Of a DNA stretch of 64,000 bases, positions 13,363 to 27,783 are shown one piece after another. The stretch lies in the NCBI RefSeq assembly GCF_009914755.1, contig NC_060932.1; one strand, given 5' to 3'. The DNA is from the human T2T-CHM13v2.0 reference genome, Homo sapiens. The notes beneath the pieces are model-generated. The model saw nothing but the letters and a program-made list of their open reading frames with translations. It ran no database searches and had not been told where the DNA came from. Every line of letters begins with the position of its first letter. The first letter of the stretch is position 1. A program made the translations under genes and the position numbers.

Positions 13363-14244
13363 AAGTTGGAGTGACTCAATAGCTGGATGCTAGAAATATC
13401 TGGAGCACGTCACTCACGTGTCTGGTGGTTGATGCTCACGTTTGCCTGAGACCTCAGCTGGGTTGTCTGACTAGAGTATTTACAGGTGGTGTCTTCATTG
13501 AGTCTCTTTGTGTGGTAGTTTGTGCTTCCTCATGGCATGGAGACTGGGTTTTGTGAGCGAGTGCCCCAAGAGAACAAGGTAGAAGTGAATGGTGTTTTAA
13601 TGATCTAGCAGATAGGCTTATTTTTGTTGTACCCTATTGGTAAAAGCTACTGTAAAGTTTCACCCATATTCACCTGAACGAGAACCAGCAGACCCACCAC
13701 TTAACGTGATGATTACGTGGTAAGAAGGGAGGTGAGATGGGAGTTGCTGTTGTGGTCAACTCTGGAAAATACTTTTCGCCACAGGTGGCTTACAAACAAT
13801 ATTAGTCCTTGAGATCTTCTCTGTTCCTTATGTTCTTATTCGGTTTGACTGACAGATTGGCTGTTAGGATGAAAGACTAAATTCTCCTTATGTATTTGTT
13901 GAAATGAACCAAATTGAATCTGTGGGATTCCCAAAGGCCATGCAAAAAGCAAATGCTCGTGGTGAGGAAAAATGACATGACATTTTGCTCCTCAGTCCTG
14001 TTATGATTTGTGTTGCTCAGGGCTCCAATCCAAACTCCGGGGAATAACAGAGACCCGGAAAATGGGGACCCTAGTGCTGACATATGTCTGGGAGTGCAGA
14101 GTCTCTTCTGTGGAGGGCCTCAGGGGAGGTTACATATACAACACGCCCTCCAGCAGAATTCAAGCCCGATTGAATGCTACTGCACTTCCTGTGAGAATGG
14201 AAGATGCTTTCTCTTTATAAAGGAGAGACAACTGCTTGAAATTA

Positions 14245-14450
14245 CTGGGCCAGTAGTTAGGAGAGCTGAATTCTAGCTCTGGATCTTTCGTTTTAACAAT
14301 TGCAAAGATATGAAACCAACCTTGACAGTTTAAGAGACCTGGGTTCTACCACCTGAAAATGGGGTTAGTGATCTCTAATATGAGATTTTATAGGATTATT
14401 GTGAAGCATAAACAAAATATACAAAGTCCTAACAGTTGTAGGGCACTGTA
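14245..14450 (+). mobile_element. MIR, diverged
   Basis: CTGAAAATGGGG...ATAGGATTATTGTGAAG...AAAGTCCTAACAG resembles the MIR core and tail. Confidence 0.55.
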
Positions 14451-15664
14451 AAAGTGAAGGTATCAAGAAAGGTTTACTTATTAGTTTTTATCCATGGTTA
14501 AAGTCTTCATTGGGTAGGGGTTCCTCAATATGCTGCCTTGTAATAGAAGTGCTTTTTGGGGGTATGACCAAGCTTAGTGAAGCTCTTCCTAACTACCAAG
14601 TGGTTGATCTTGAGCCTGATGTTAGCCTGCCTAATACTCACAGTACCAAAATAAGATTAATCCTTGCCAACCCTTTGCTGTACCTAGCTAAGCTCTTCCC
14701 ACTGTGTGCCCAGATTTTCCTACTTAATGTGATCAGAATGAATTCATATTCATTTCCTGTTTGGGCTTATTTCCCACTGTGGCTAGGACATTGCCTTGAT
14801 ATAAGTCTTTCAACTTTTCATGTAGGCATTTAGTATTTTAAGATAATTCCAAAGACAGCTGTTGTCAGTAGATGATCCCAAATAGCTTTAAACTCTGATC
14901 CTTAGAGCAATGATAAGGAGGACAGCAGTTGGGAAAAAACCGATTTTCATGAGTCAACATAGCAACTTCATAAATTGAGTCATACCGTGTGAATATCACT
15001 ACTGTACCAAAATAGAGAAAGAAAATACTGCCATGTCATCTGCCTCTCTTGTGCCTAAGCACCCTCCTCTGTCTCTCCTTCTGCCAAATGGAACAAAACC
15101 AGCATCTGAGAATGAGTAAACATCCTTAAGACAATCAAGAACTAAATGTTCAGTCCATAGATGGAAAAGAGAAACAGTGGGTGCTGGAGAATGATCTTCC
15201 CGAAATCTCAATATAAATAAAATCTACACATAGCAACAATACTGTTTTATTGCTTTGGTGCAAAGAGGCAGTGCACATTCCTGGGCAGGATATGATCACA
15301 GGTATGAGAGCCATGAGCTTTTCTTGAGATTCATGAAGACTTCTGAAGCTTTGGTCACCTGGAGTGTGTGGCATTTGGGGCCTGTTCTTGCTCATAGGCA
15401 ATAATTTTCTATTTGTAAGTGAAAGAAAATGCTTTAGTTTTTGTTCCCCCAGATAATTTTATCTTGAGATAAAAGCAAGATAACAAACCTTGTCAACTTT
15501 CCTTAAGCAGAAATATCTCTGCCACCTTGAGGTACACCACTGCAAAGTTATAAATTCTGACTCTTAAGCAAGTATTTTTAAATGATTTATTGTTTTGTTC
15601 TACTTAGAACATCTGTAAACCAACATTTATCTTTATATAAACTGTTTCAAATTCTCTTCCACTA

Positions 15665-16222
15665 GACAGTACGGAGATTTCTCAAAGAGCTTAAAGCAGA
15701 TTACCATTTGATCCAGCAGTCCGGATCTACCCAAAGAAAAGAAGTCATTGTATCAAAAAGACACCTGCATGTGTATGTTTATCACAGCACAATTCACAAT
15801 TGCAAAGATATGGAATCAACCTGGGTGTCTATCAGCTAACAAGTAGATAAAGAAAATGTGGTATATATACACATGAAACACTACTAATCCATAAAAAAGA
15901 ATGAAATAATATCTTTCACAGCAACTCGGATGGAGTTGGAAGCCATTATTCTAAGTGAAGTAGCTTCTCACTTATAGGTAGGCGCTAAGCTGTGGGTATG
16001 CAAAGGCCTACAGAATGTTATAATGGTCATTGGAGACTCAGAAGTGCGGAGACTGGGAGGGAAGTGAAGAATGAAAAATTACCTATCGGGTACAGTGTAC
16101 ACTACTTGAGTGTGGGGTGCACTAAAATCTCAGACTTCACCACTATACAATTCATCTATATAACCAAAATCTGCTTGTACCCTAAAGCTAGTGAAATAAA
16201 AAGTAAAAAAGTAAAATAAAAA
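15665..16222 (+). mobile_element. L1PB4-like 3' end, 5'-truncated
   Basis: ORF2 C-terminal AAAGACACCTGCATGTGTATGTTTATCACAGCAC, then a 3' UTR ending CACCACTATACAATTCATC...GAAATAAA plus A-rich tail. Confidence 0.85.
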
Positions 16223-16299
16223 TTTGGGAGCCTAATTATTTCTTCATAGTAGGAAGAAATGATTTGATAACTGCAAATTTCACAATTAGCAGTGCTAAG

Positions 16300-16425
16300 T
16301 TAAAAAATTTTGTTTAAGGAAGGTAAATCTGATATGAGGTTGTACTTCTGATTCCTCACAAAATTCTTTTAATCTGATGTATGTAGTAGCTTATATTTTT
16401 GGGACATTTACATTGTGTCAGGTAA
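16300..16425 (+). repeat. Copy 1 of a ~125-bp diverged direct duplication flanking the L1MA
   Basis: Aligns by eye end to end with 18814-18948. Confidence 0.9.
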
Positions 16426-16604
16426 TTTTTTTAAAGTTTGATTTTATTTTTAATTGACAAGTAATAATTGTATATATTTATGGGGTACAATGTGATGTTT
16501 CAATACATGTATGCATTGTGGAATGATCATCAGGCTAATTAGCATATCTGTCATCTGAAATATTTATCATTTCATTGTAGTGAGAACATTTAAAATCCTC
16601 TCTT

Positions 16605-17385
<781 letters not shown>

Positions 17386-17534
17386 GAGTCTGACTTTTTT
17401 TGATTCCGCATATAAATGAGATCATATGGTATTTGTCTCTCTGTGCCTGGTTTATTTCCATGAGTCTGACTTTTTTTGATTCTGCATATAAATGAGATCA
17501 TATGGTATTTGTCTCTCTGTGCCTGGTTTATTTC
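17386..17534. repeat. 76-bp tandem duplication within L1MA, one mismatch
   Basis: GAGTCTGACTTTTTTTGATTC(C/T)GCATATAAATGAGATC...GGTTTATTTC starts at 17386 and again at 17462. Confidence 0.95.
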
Positions 17535-18030
17535 ACTTAAAATACTGTCCTCTAGGTTCATCCACATTGTTGCAAATGACAGAATTTCCTGACTTTTCAA
17601 GGCCGAATTGTATTCCACTGTGTATATATATCACATTTTAAAACTCCACTCATCCATTGATAGACACCTAAGTTGATTCCATATCTTGGCTATTGTGAAT
17701 AAAGCTGTAATGAACATGGAAATGCAGGCATGTCTTTGGCATACTGATTTCAATTCCTTTGAGTATATACCCAATAGTGGGATTGCTGAATCATACAGTA
17801 ATTCTAATTTCAGCTTTTTGAGGAAACTTCATACTGTTTTCCATAATGGCTGCACTAATTTACAGTATCACCAACAGTGTTCCCTTTTCTCCATGTGCTG
17901 GCCAACATTTGTTATCTTTCATCTTTTTGATAAAGCTATTTTTACATGTGTGCAATAGTATATGACTGTGGTTTTAATTTGCATCTCTCTGATGATTAGT
18001 AATGTTGTGCATTTAAAAATATATCTATTA

Positions 18031-18325
<295 letters not shown>

Positions 18326-18813
18326 TTATGTATATATATATATACTTTTGAGAAATGTCTATTCAAGTCGTTTGCCCATCTTTCCACTAGGGTATTTGTT
18401 TTCTTGTTATTGACTGAATGGAGTTCCTTATAGATTTTGGATATTAGCCCCTTTTCCAATGTATAATTTGCAAATATTTTCTCCCAATCTGTGGGTCGTC
18501 TCCTCATCCTATTGTTTCCTTTGCTGTGTCTTTTAGTTTAATGCAAGTTCATTTGTCATTGCCTATGCTTTAGGGGTCCTAGCCAAGAAATATCTGCCCA
18601 GACCAATGTTATGGAGCTTTCTCCTATGTTTTCTTCTAGTTTCAGATTTTATATTTAAGTCTTCAATCCATTTTGAGTTGATTTTTGTATATGGTGAGAG
18701 GTAGAGATGTAGTTTCATTCTTCTGCATATGAATATCCAGTTTTCCCATCATTATTTATGGAAGAGACTGTCCTTTCTCCATTGTGTGTTCTTGTCACCA
18801 TTGTTGAAAAAAT

Positions 18814-18948
18814 TTAAAAATTTTGTGTAAATAAGGAAAGTAAAACTGATATCAGGTTGTACTCCTGATTCCTGAAAAAATTCTTCCTGTAATTCTGATA
18901 TAAACAGTAGCTTATAGTTTTGGAGCATTTATATTGTGGCAAGTACTT
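18814..18948 (+). repeat. Copy 2 of the ~125-bp direct duplication
   Basis: AAGGAAAGTAAAACTGATATCAGGTTGTACTCCTGATTCCTG versus AAGGAAGGTAAATCTGATATGAGGTTGTACTTCTGATTCCTC in copy 1. Confidence 0.9.
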
Positions 18949-19150
18949 AGTTAAGTTCTTAAATATAGTATTTCACTTACATTTCATTATAGCTCTATGA
19001 AGTAAGTGCTATAGTGCCATTTTACAGATGAGAAAATCAAGTTTCAGAGAGGTGAATAAACTCAGTCAAGGACACATACATAGTGAGTGGCTGAGCCTAG
19101 ATTTAAGCCTAGATCTGTCTGATGTCAAAGGCCAAGCTCTTTCCACTATA
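18905..19150 (-). mobile_element. MIR, near full length
   Basis: CCATTTTACAGATGAGAAAATCAAGTTTCAGAGAGGTGAA core. Confidence 0.85.
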
Positions 19151-19229
19151 AAGTATTGCTTTTCAAGTCACGAAGTTATAAAGTTCATTCCAAGTCCATG
19201 AGTCTCCATATCAATGATAAAGATGAGAG

Positions 19230-20060
19230 ATTCTTTAAATATGGCTCTTTTTCCTTCTGGGCCATGGCCAGACTACACTTCTAAGCCTACCAAGAAGTTA
19301 ATTATGGCCAGGTAATGGAGTTCTTGCTTATGGACTCTATAGGGATAAACTATGCATATAATTTTTCAGATCTGGTCCATAAAATCTTCTTCATGACTCT
19401 CCATGTTTTCTTCCCAATATTCCAGGGGATGACAATACCCAGGGCAATCTTGGAAACCATGCAAGCTATATATATGTAGAAGATGGCACGACCTTTGTCT
19501 ATCTGGGCCTTGAATGACTGTATGGAATGGAGTTTCCTCCTGGCAACAAATACATTTTATGTGACTGAGAAATAAGCTTTGGTAGTGACATTTTGGAATT
19601 TATAGGTTAGAGTAGCTGGTGTTGATTTTGAGGTAAATTCCTATGTTATTTAAGTGGCATGCTATTGTAACAAAAACCTATAATATATGGCATTGGCTTA
19701 GCAGTTGGGTAGTGAGAAAACTGATATCACAGGCAGAAGAACTAGAGTTCCATCTTATTCAGTGACATTATTTTTGCTAGAACCATCAACCTGAGAAAAC
19801 CTGAAGTCAGTCTGGTGTTTATTGAGCCTGTAGTAAAGCAGTGTGTTAGGAGTGTGTATTGGTTGTTATGGGCTGTCATTAGGAAGATATTGCAAGAAAG
19901 AGATGAGTTCAGGAAAGAGTTGGAGAAAGTATGGTGATGAAAAAGCATTTAGAGGAGTGGAAACATTTTTTACTCTGCTAGACCACATAACAGTAAAAGA
20001 CGGAAATGTGTGAGTGACAAAGATTCATTAAAATTTAGCCTTAGGTAAAAAAAAATCTTT
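19230..20060 (+). mobile_element. MLT1J-like LTR followed by MLT1 internal sequence
   Basis: CCTTGAATGACTGTATGGA...TGAGAAATAAGCTT (LTR), then GCTATTGTAACAAAAACCT...ATGGCATTGGCTTAG (MaLR internal start). Confidence 0.6.
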
Positions 20061-20432
20061 CAATAACAGCCATCATTTGCATATCCAAAAACTCACTAAT
20101 GTGCTGTGCTAAATTTAACTAAATTGACTATTAGCCCTGAGTTACCATTAATAGTATAAAGAACAGCCAGAAGCTATGAAATATGAGTTTTAAAAAAACA
20201 TGTCCTGGATCAAATTCTTAGGAAGAGTCCTCAGTTTAACTAGAGCAAACCACAGTGGTGACTGGGGATAGCAGTAATGATGACTTTGTCCCCTGCTTAA
20301 CCAAAAAACAATACATGGGTTAATATACCCAGTTACTGAGTACCTACTACAAGCACAGCATTGGGTGTGTCAACAGTAATAAGACTCAAATCAGCTGTAG
20401 AAAAGGAAAAGTCATACACCAAGAGTTAAAAT

Positions 20433-20500
20433 ACTGTAGTCACCCCCTTATCTAAAGGGGATAAGTAACAAGACCCCCACTGGATGTCTGAAACTCAAAC
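20433..20500. mobile_element. Tigger-type (MER44-like) terminal fragment
   Basis: CCCCCTTATCTAAAGGGGATAAG...AAGACCCCCACTGGATGTCTGAAAC. Confidence 0.6.
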
Positions 20501-20659
20501 TGTGCGGGTTGTATAAACACAATTACGTGACGTTAAAGATAAGATTAAGTTCTTCATAATGAAGATGCAAATCTGGGTTTAGTCACCAACTTGTGTGGCC
20601 TTAAACAAGTAATTTCACTTCTGTGGGCTTCATTGGTAACTTGAGGGATTTTTGTTATG

Positions 20660-21647
20660 TGATCTGAGAGGCTAAAATAAACACCTCTGTATCAACTAAC
20701 ATGGACCCTAAGATTAAGGAAACAAAAGTTAGCTATGGATGGAGAGTGGAGGATTCAGAGATTGGCCTGTATGGCAACTCCCTAAATTCCTTTGGCCATA
20801 AGAAAGACTAAACTCTTACGAAACCCCCCTAGCAATGGAAGCTATCAGGCCAATCAATTATCAGACCCCTCCTAACTCTGATTTTCAACTCAGACCCACT
20901 AAAGAGGAATGACCTTACAAACATTCTTTCCTAATAAGCAACTGCAGACCTTAAGCCAGTTTTGGCCTGCTTATAGAGGCTGTGCCATGAACTGTCTTTC
21001 TGTCCTTTAGTAAGCCTTTTGACATAAAAAGCCAAATTCCACCTCATTTTATTGGTAAAACCTTGCCCCAGGTGAACATGGGATGTATGCTACATATATG
21101 TTTGCCCATTGCACATGTGCTCAATTGCTTTCATAAAAATGTGTAGCTTTTCCCCAAACCTGCTAAATATGTATGACTCTGTTGTGTATTACAGCCCCTG
21201 TGAGGCATAAAACCCAACCTGCCCTTTCTGTTTTTTGAGGAAAGAGTATCTTCTGTACACACTGGAGACTCTGTCTCTCTCTCTCTTTTTTTTTTTTTTG
21301 AGACGGAGTCTTGCTCTGTTGCCTAGGCTGGAGTGCAGTGGCATGATCGCAGCTCACTGTAACCTCTGCCTCAGCCTCCCTAGTAGCTGGTATTACAGGT
21401 GTCCGCCACTATGCCCAGCTAATTTTTTTGTATTTTTAGTAGAGATGGGGTTTCACCAAGTTGGCCAGGCTGGTATCAAACTCCTGACCTCGTGATTCAC
21501 CTTCCACGTCGGCCTCCCAAAGTGCTGGGATTACAGTCGTGAGCCACTGTGCCCGGCCAGACTCTCTCTTCTTGGTTTGCAAACTGCTATCACCAGTAAA
21601 GCTCTCCTTTCTACTACTTAGCCATCCTGGTGGTCTTTTGGGTGGCA
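20660..21647 (+). mobile_element. ERV1 (MER4-group) solo LTR inserted in a MIR; contains an Alu
   Basis: TG...CA. CATAAAA TATA-like box (~21206) and AGTAAA poly(A)-like signal (21595). Possible TSD TATG/AATG. Confidence 0.75.
21286..21558 (-). mobile_element. AluS with a ~26-bp internal deletion
   Basis: AACCTCTGCCTCAGCCTCCC lacks the GGGTTCAAGCGATTCTC segment. AGACTCT occurs on both flanks. Confidence 0.95.
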
Positions 21648-21689
21648 AATGATTTCCAAAGTCCTTTCCAGCTTTATTTTATGTGACTA

Positions 21690-21815
21690 TATTCACAGGA
21701 CTACCTGCTCTATCAGGGCAAGAATCATGACTATTTTATTTACCATTATTTCTAAAACCTAGCACTGTACTCTGCATTTTGCAGGCCATCGAGAAATATT
21801 TTTGCATGAATGAAT
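21690..21815 (+). mobile_element. L2 3' end fragment
   Basis: CAGGGCAAGAATCATG...CCTAGCAC...AAATATTTTTGCATGAATGAAT. Confidence 0.65.
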
Positions 21816-22105
21816 AGTGTAGTTGCACTAATGCCATCTAATGAAGGGACTCATCAATTAGGTTATTTTTGTCACAAAGTGGACTTTTATGACGTGGGCT
21901 TATGCCTTATGAGTTCTTTGTTTCCTTTTACAAAAGAGAAGAAGGTAATGGTACCCACTTAACACCACAGAGTAGGCATGGGGTGAAAATTAATCAGTTT
22001 ATTGTAATTGACTATTTAGGCAAAAATGGTAGATGGAGGTGAATAACAATCAGGGCTATTTTTCAGATAATGGTTATGGGATTAGCAGTTATTGGTGTCT
22101 GCATA

Positions 22106-22606
22106 TGTTAACCAAGATGAGGCAAGAGACCAGACTGCAACACTGTAAGACAAGGCATTGATTGGCATCTTAGGAATTGCAATTTGGGAGACACAGATTC
22201 AGCTAGAGGACAAATTGTGATTCGAAGAGAGGAAAAGGAGTAGGGATTTTTAAAAGGAAGATAAGGGTGATTAGACAAGTTGTTCTGAAAGAATTATCAC
22301 TGGTGGAGGTGGCTGGCTTAGTGCACGAGTTCATAGTTCACCGGTCATTCAGGAGCTGCAGCAATGGTAAAGTTTAGTCATTTCTCAGGATGTGATCATG
22401 GAAGTACGGCCCAGTTCAGAAGTTCATGGCAAGTTTTGATTCTTTTTGCTTATTTTTTTTGCAAGGTTTTTAAATTTAAATTTAAATTTTTTTTAATTTG
22501 TAAGGCTATAGGTCGTGCATGTAGTCCTTCTTAGAATGGAGTCCTTTCCAACTCCATTTCAGAGCTCTGAACCAGAGTGATGGCATTTTGTATATCACAT
22601 TTTACA
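22106..22606 (-). mobile_element. ERV1-type solo LTR, family not assigned
   Basis: TG...CA ends with perfect 4-bp TSD CATA (22102-22105, 22607-22610). Confidence 0.7.
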
Positions 22607-22814
22607 CATATAAGAATATGTTCATAAATATTTCTCAATTTAAACCTTGAGTGGAAGTTGAGTATACACAACAGCCTTGTGTTAGCAGTGTTTCGTGGCA
22701 ATGAAAGAGAAGAGGGTGTTTTCATGCTCGGATGAAGGGTGAAGGCTGTAGGAAAGAACATTAACTATGGAAAGTGAAGAAGAAGGAATTGGTCAAGAGG
22801 AAGTTTGGAGCTAG

Positions 22815-23451
22815 TTAAGCGGCGTCATTTGTCTGGGGTGAATACCCAAGGTTCGTCGTCTCACGCCAAGGGAATTGAGGATGTGGACACACAAGAAATG
22901 AGTTTGAGTGGAGGTTTAATAGGCAAAAGAAAGAGAACAGAGAATAGCTGTCTCTCCTGCTGAGAGAGAGAGGCTCCCGAGTGGGTCTTCAGATTTCAAG
23001 GTGAAATGCATGGAGTTTTATAGACGAGCTGAGGAGGTTGTGTCTGATTTACATAGGGCCTGAGAGATTGGTCGGACCAGTACGACAGGCCAGCATGAAG
23101 AAGTTGGCCATCCCACCCTAATCTTTTATTATGCAGATGGATTCCCTACCTGGCTGACACCATATTTTCTGTTCCTTACGGTGCCCATGGTTGACAAAGA
23201 AAAGGGAAGATGGAGCCGCCATGTTGAACATGCCTGGCCCCCAGGTAGCCTTTTCTACGTGCACAGCTGCCGACATTTACCTTTGCAAGCTTTTAGTTTG
23301 CTTATCTATGCCTGCAGCTTGATTTTTTCAGGCTTCTTTTTGTTAGAAAAGAAATAATTTGGGGGCTGCTTTTTATTAAAAGGGAAACCTTGCTGAGGAC
23401 TTTCTTACCCTCACTAACTGCCTAAATAATTTCTCTTTAGCTCCTGTATCA
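22815..23451 (-). mobile_element. ERV1 solo LTR, MER50-like
   Basis: Reverse complement starts TGATACAGGAGCTAAAGAGAAATTATTTAGGCAG. 4-bp TSD CTAG (22811-22814, 23452-23455). Confidence 0.85.
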
Positions 23452-23846
23452 CTAGCATTCAAGAAAATGGATACAGTTAGCAGCAAAGGAAACGGAAGCC
23501 CTTACCACTAGGGAATCATCAGAAATACTTGATACGGTTCTGGGCCTACAGTAGTTACATGGAATGGAAACTTGAGTCATTTTATTTGAATAACAAAGTA
23601 ACAAGTGATCACAAAACACTGGAGGATATAAGACATACAAAACTATGGAATTATTCCATGAATTCAATACAGTAAATCTTCATTTATGGACAGCAACCAT
23701 ATATAGTATAGTTTGAATACTTACACTGCAAATCAGGCATTACTTTGTACATGTTATGATGAGAAAATTGTAGTTCAAAGAGTTGAACAACTAAATGTAT
23801 TTTAAAAAGCAAAGGACTTGATTTTGAACTTATTTCTGTTGGGTCT

Positions 23847-24279
23847 AGTTAAAAGAAAAACTTCAGTTGAATTAAATTTAAAGGAGTTTAATTGAGCAAT
23901 GAATGATTCATGAATCGGGCAGCCCCCAGAATCACAGCAGATTGAGGGAGACTCCAGGGAAGCCCTTGTGGTCAGAACAAATTTACAGACAGAAAAAGGG
24001 ATGTGATATACAGAGATCGGAAGTGAGGTACAGAAACAGCTGGATTGGTTACAATTCAGTGTTTGCGTCATTTGAACACAGTTTAAACATTTGGCAGTGT
24101 ATGTCTGGTTGAAGTATGACTGCTGGGATTGGCCAAGACTCAGCTATTGTTACAGATGCATACTCCTAAATTAGGTTTTCAATCTTGTCTACCTATTAAG
24201 TTAGGTTGAAGTTCATCCACAAGGACTCGGATATGGAAGTACAGAGTCCTTCTCAGGCCATATTTAGTTTGCTTTAACA
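23847..24279 (-). mobile_element. ERV1 solo LTR, MER57 family, inserted in a MIR
   Basis: Reverse complement starts TGTTAAAGCAAACTAAATATGGCCTGAGAAGGACTC. 4-bp TSD GTCT (23843-23846, 24280-24283). Confidence 0.88.
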
Positions 24280-25580
24280 GTCTGATGCCAAATTCTAAAA
24301 TGTTCCCTTTACAGAATACCATGGGTCATCTTAGATTCTCTTTGTTGTGACAATGCAGCTCAGTGGGAGACATACCTAGGCCCACTATGGAAAAGTCACA
24401 AACTACCTCTAAATTCAATATTTCAAAATTAACTTGTATTGTCAGGAGGTAATGACCAGTAAGATTTGGGACACCATAACACTCAAAAATAGCAGATAAT
24501 ATATTGTTGTTAAGGGATTTTCTAACAGAATCTAGAATGATTTTGCCTTATCTACACCATTTTTTTAAACCTAGGAAGTATATTTTGGTTATCATTTTTA
24601 CTTATATGTTTGTGTCCATTTGGATACTAGAAAAGTTGGGGAGACAGTTTAAAATGTGGAAAGGTTTTGATGGTTTGTGAATGAAGTAGAGCAGAATATT
24701 TGATATAAGGACAACTGCTAAATCTATGACTTTTGTTCCCAATTCAAACAAAAATTTTCTAAAACAGTGTGATTGGTGACTATAAACATACCCCCTCTCT
24801 TCTCCCATCCCCTATCAATATTTTTTCCTTTACTTAAACATGAAAACAAAAGTTAACTTCTAGGAGTTCTGGATTTGGATTTTTGAGGCTACCGTTTTCT
24901 TTCCTAATGACTGCCTGCCTATCCAATCAAGTGCAAAGATAATGTCCTCAATAATTAGCTAATTGTGACACATCCAGATGCTTGCAGGGCAACTGAGACA
25001 CTTCTCTCTCATTTTGACAAAGAAGCATGTTACTGCACTTCTAATTAACCAGTTAAAGGTGAATTCTCCTCATTGATGATTTTTAGCTCACTAGGAATTT
25101 TATTTCCAAATGCTAAATGAGAAATGAGTATGACTCAATAGTCTCTCTGTTCTTCCACTGTACCTTTAAGGTCAGTTTGTTTTCTAAGTTCTCACTTAAA
25201 TTCTATTATGAGTAAACAGCTATTTTTTTAAAAATCAAGTCATAATGAACATCACACTTAAATATGACAAAGAACTATTTTAGCATTGAAACAGAATAAT
25301 ATATATAAGATGTATATATGAAGAACCTGTATAAGGTAATATTGACAGATCTGACAAAACAGGCTTTATTTTTTTTGCTTTTTTTCTCCCAACATAATTG
25401 ATGTGTAATTGAAGTGCACATATTTAAAGTGTATAATTTTATCAGTTTTGACATATGTATATACTTGAGAAACTGTTCACATAATACAAATAAACATTTC
25501 TATCACCCTCAAAAGTTTCCTTTGGACCCCTTTTAGTCAATCATCCCATTATTGAGCAAACATATATATGTATATATATA

Positions 25581-27783
25581 TTTTTATTATACTTTAAGTT
25601 CTGGGATACATGTGCAGAACGTGCAGGTTTGTTACATAGGTATACATATGCCATGGTGGTTTGCTGCACCCATCAACCCATCTTCTACATTAGGTATTTC
25701 TCCTAATGTTTTCCCTCCCCTTGCCCCCCATCCCCGACAGGCCCTGGTGTGTGATGTTCCCCTTTCTGTGTCCATGTGTTCTCATTGTTCAACTCCCACT
25801 TATCAGTGAGAACATGAGGTGTTTGGTTTTCTGTTCTTGTGTTAGTTTGCTGAGATTGATGGTTTCCAGCTTCATCCATGTCCCTGCAAAGGACATGAAC
25901 TCATTCTTTTTTATGGCTGCATAGCATTCCATGGTGTATATGTGCCACATTTTCTTTATCCAGTCTATCATTGATGGTCATTTGGGTTGGTTCCAAGTCT
26001 TTGCTATTGTAAATAGTGCTGCAATAAACATACGTGTGTATGTGTCTTTATAGTAGAATGATTTATAATCCTTTGGGTATATACCCAGTAATGGGATTGC
26101 TGGGTGAAATGGTATTTCTGGTTCTAGATCCTTGAGGAATTGCCACACTGTCTTCCACAATGGTTGAACTAAATTCCACTCCCACCAACAGTGTGAAAAT
26201 GTTCCTATTTCTCCACATCCTCTGCAGCATCTGTTTTTTGACTTTTTAATGATTGCCATTCTAACTGGTGTGAGATGGTATCTTGCTGTGGTTTTGATTT
26301 GCATTTCTCTAATGAGAAATGGTGATGAGCTTTTTTTCATATGTTTGTTGGCCGCATAAATGTCTTCTTTTGAGAAGCGTCCGGTCATATCCTTCACCCA
26401 TTTTTGGTGGGATTTTTTTTTCTTGTAAATTTGTTAAGTTCCTTGTAGATTCTGGATATTAGCCCTTTGCCAGATGGATAGATTGCAAAAATTTTCTCCC
26501 GTTCTGTAGGTTACCTGTTCACCTGATGATAGTTTCTTTTGCTGTGCAGAGGCTCTTTAGTTTAATTAGATCCCATTTGTCTATTTTGGCTTTTGTTGCC
26601 ATTGCTTTGGTGTTTTAGTCATGAAGTCTTTGCCCATGGGGTTTTTATGGTTTTAGGTCTTACGTTTAAGTCTTTCATCCATCTTGAGTTAATTTTTGTA
26701 TAAAGTGTAAGGAAGGGATCCAGTTTCAGTTTTCTGCATATGGCTAGCCATTTTTCCCAACACCATTTATCAAATAGGGAATCCTTTCGCCATTGCTTGT
26801 TTTTGTCAGGTTGGTCAAAGATCAGATGGTCGTAGGTGTGTGGTGTTATATCTGAGGCTTCTCTTCCCGTTGGTCTATATATCTGTTTTGGTACCAGTAC
26901 CATGCTTTTTTGATTACTGTAGCCTTGTAGTATAGTTCATAGTCAGGTAGTATGATACCTCCAGCTTTGTTCTTTTTGTTTAGGATTGTCTTGGCTACAT
27001 GGGCTCTTTTTTGGTTCCATATGAAATTTAAAGTAGTTTTATCTAATTCAGTGAAGAAAGTCATTGGTAGCTTGATGGGAATAGCATTGAATCTGTAAAT
27101 TAGTTTGGGCAGTATGGCCATTTTCATGATATTGATTTTTCCTACCCATGAGCATGGAATGTTTTTCCATTTGTTTGTGTCCTATCTTATTTCATTGAGC
27201 AGTGGTTTGTAGTTCTCCTTGAAGACGTCCTTCACATCCCTTGTAAGTTGGATTCTAGGTATTTTATTCTCTTTGTAGCAATTGTGAATGGGAGTTCACT
27301 TATGATTTGGCTCTCTGTTTGTCTGTTATTGGTGTATAGGAATGCTTGTGATTTTTGCACATTGATTTTGTGTCCTGAGACTTGGCTGCAGTTGCTTCTC
27401 AGCTTAAGGAATTTTTGGGCTGAGACAATGGGGTTTTCTAAATATACAATCATGTCATCTGCAAATAGAGAAAATTTGACTTCCTCTCTTCCTATTTGAA
27501 TACCCTTTATTTCTTTCTCTTGCCCGATTGCCCTGGCCAGAATTTCCAGTACTATGTTGAATAGGAGTGGTGAGAGAGGGCATCCTTGTCTTGTGTTGGT
27601 TTTCAAAGGGAATGCTTCCAGCTTTTTCCCATTCTGTATGATAGTGGCTGTGGGTTTGTCATAAATAGCTCTTGTTATTTTGAGATATGTTCCATCAATA
27701 CCTAGTTTATTGAATGTTTTTAGCATGAAGGGCTGTTGAATTTTATCAAAGGCTTTTTCTGCATCTATAGAGATAATCAAGTG
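25581..27783 (-). mobile_element. L1PA7/8-like, 5'-truncated (~2.2 kb)
   Basis: 3' end TTATTATACTTTAAGTTCTGGGATACATGTGCAGAACG. ORF2 RT remnants [13 protein letters not shown]...[11 protein letters not shown]...LFADDMIVY (27232-27780). Stops, frameshifts and a small deletion near 26638. Confidence 0.95.
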
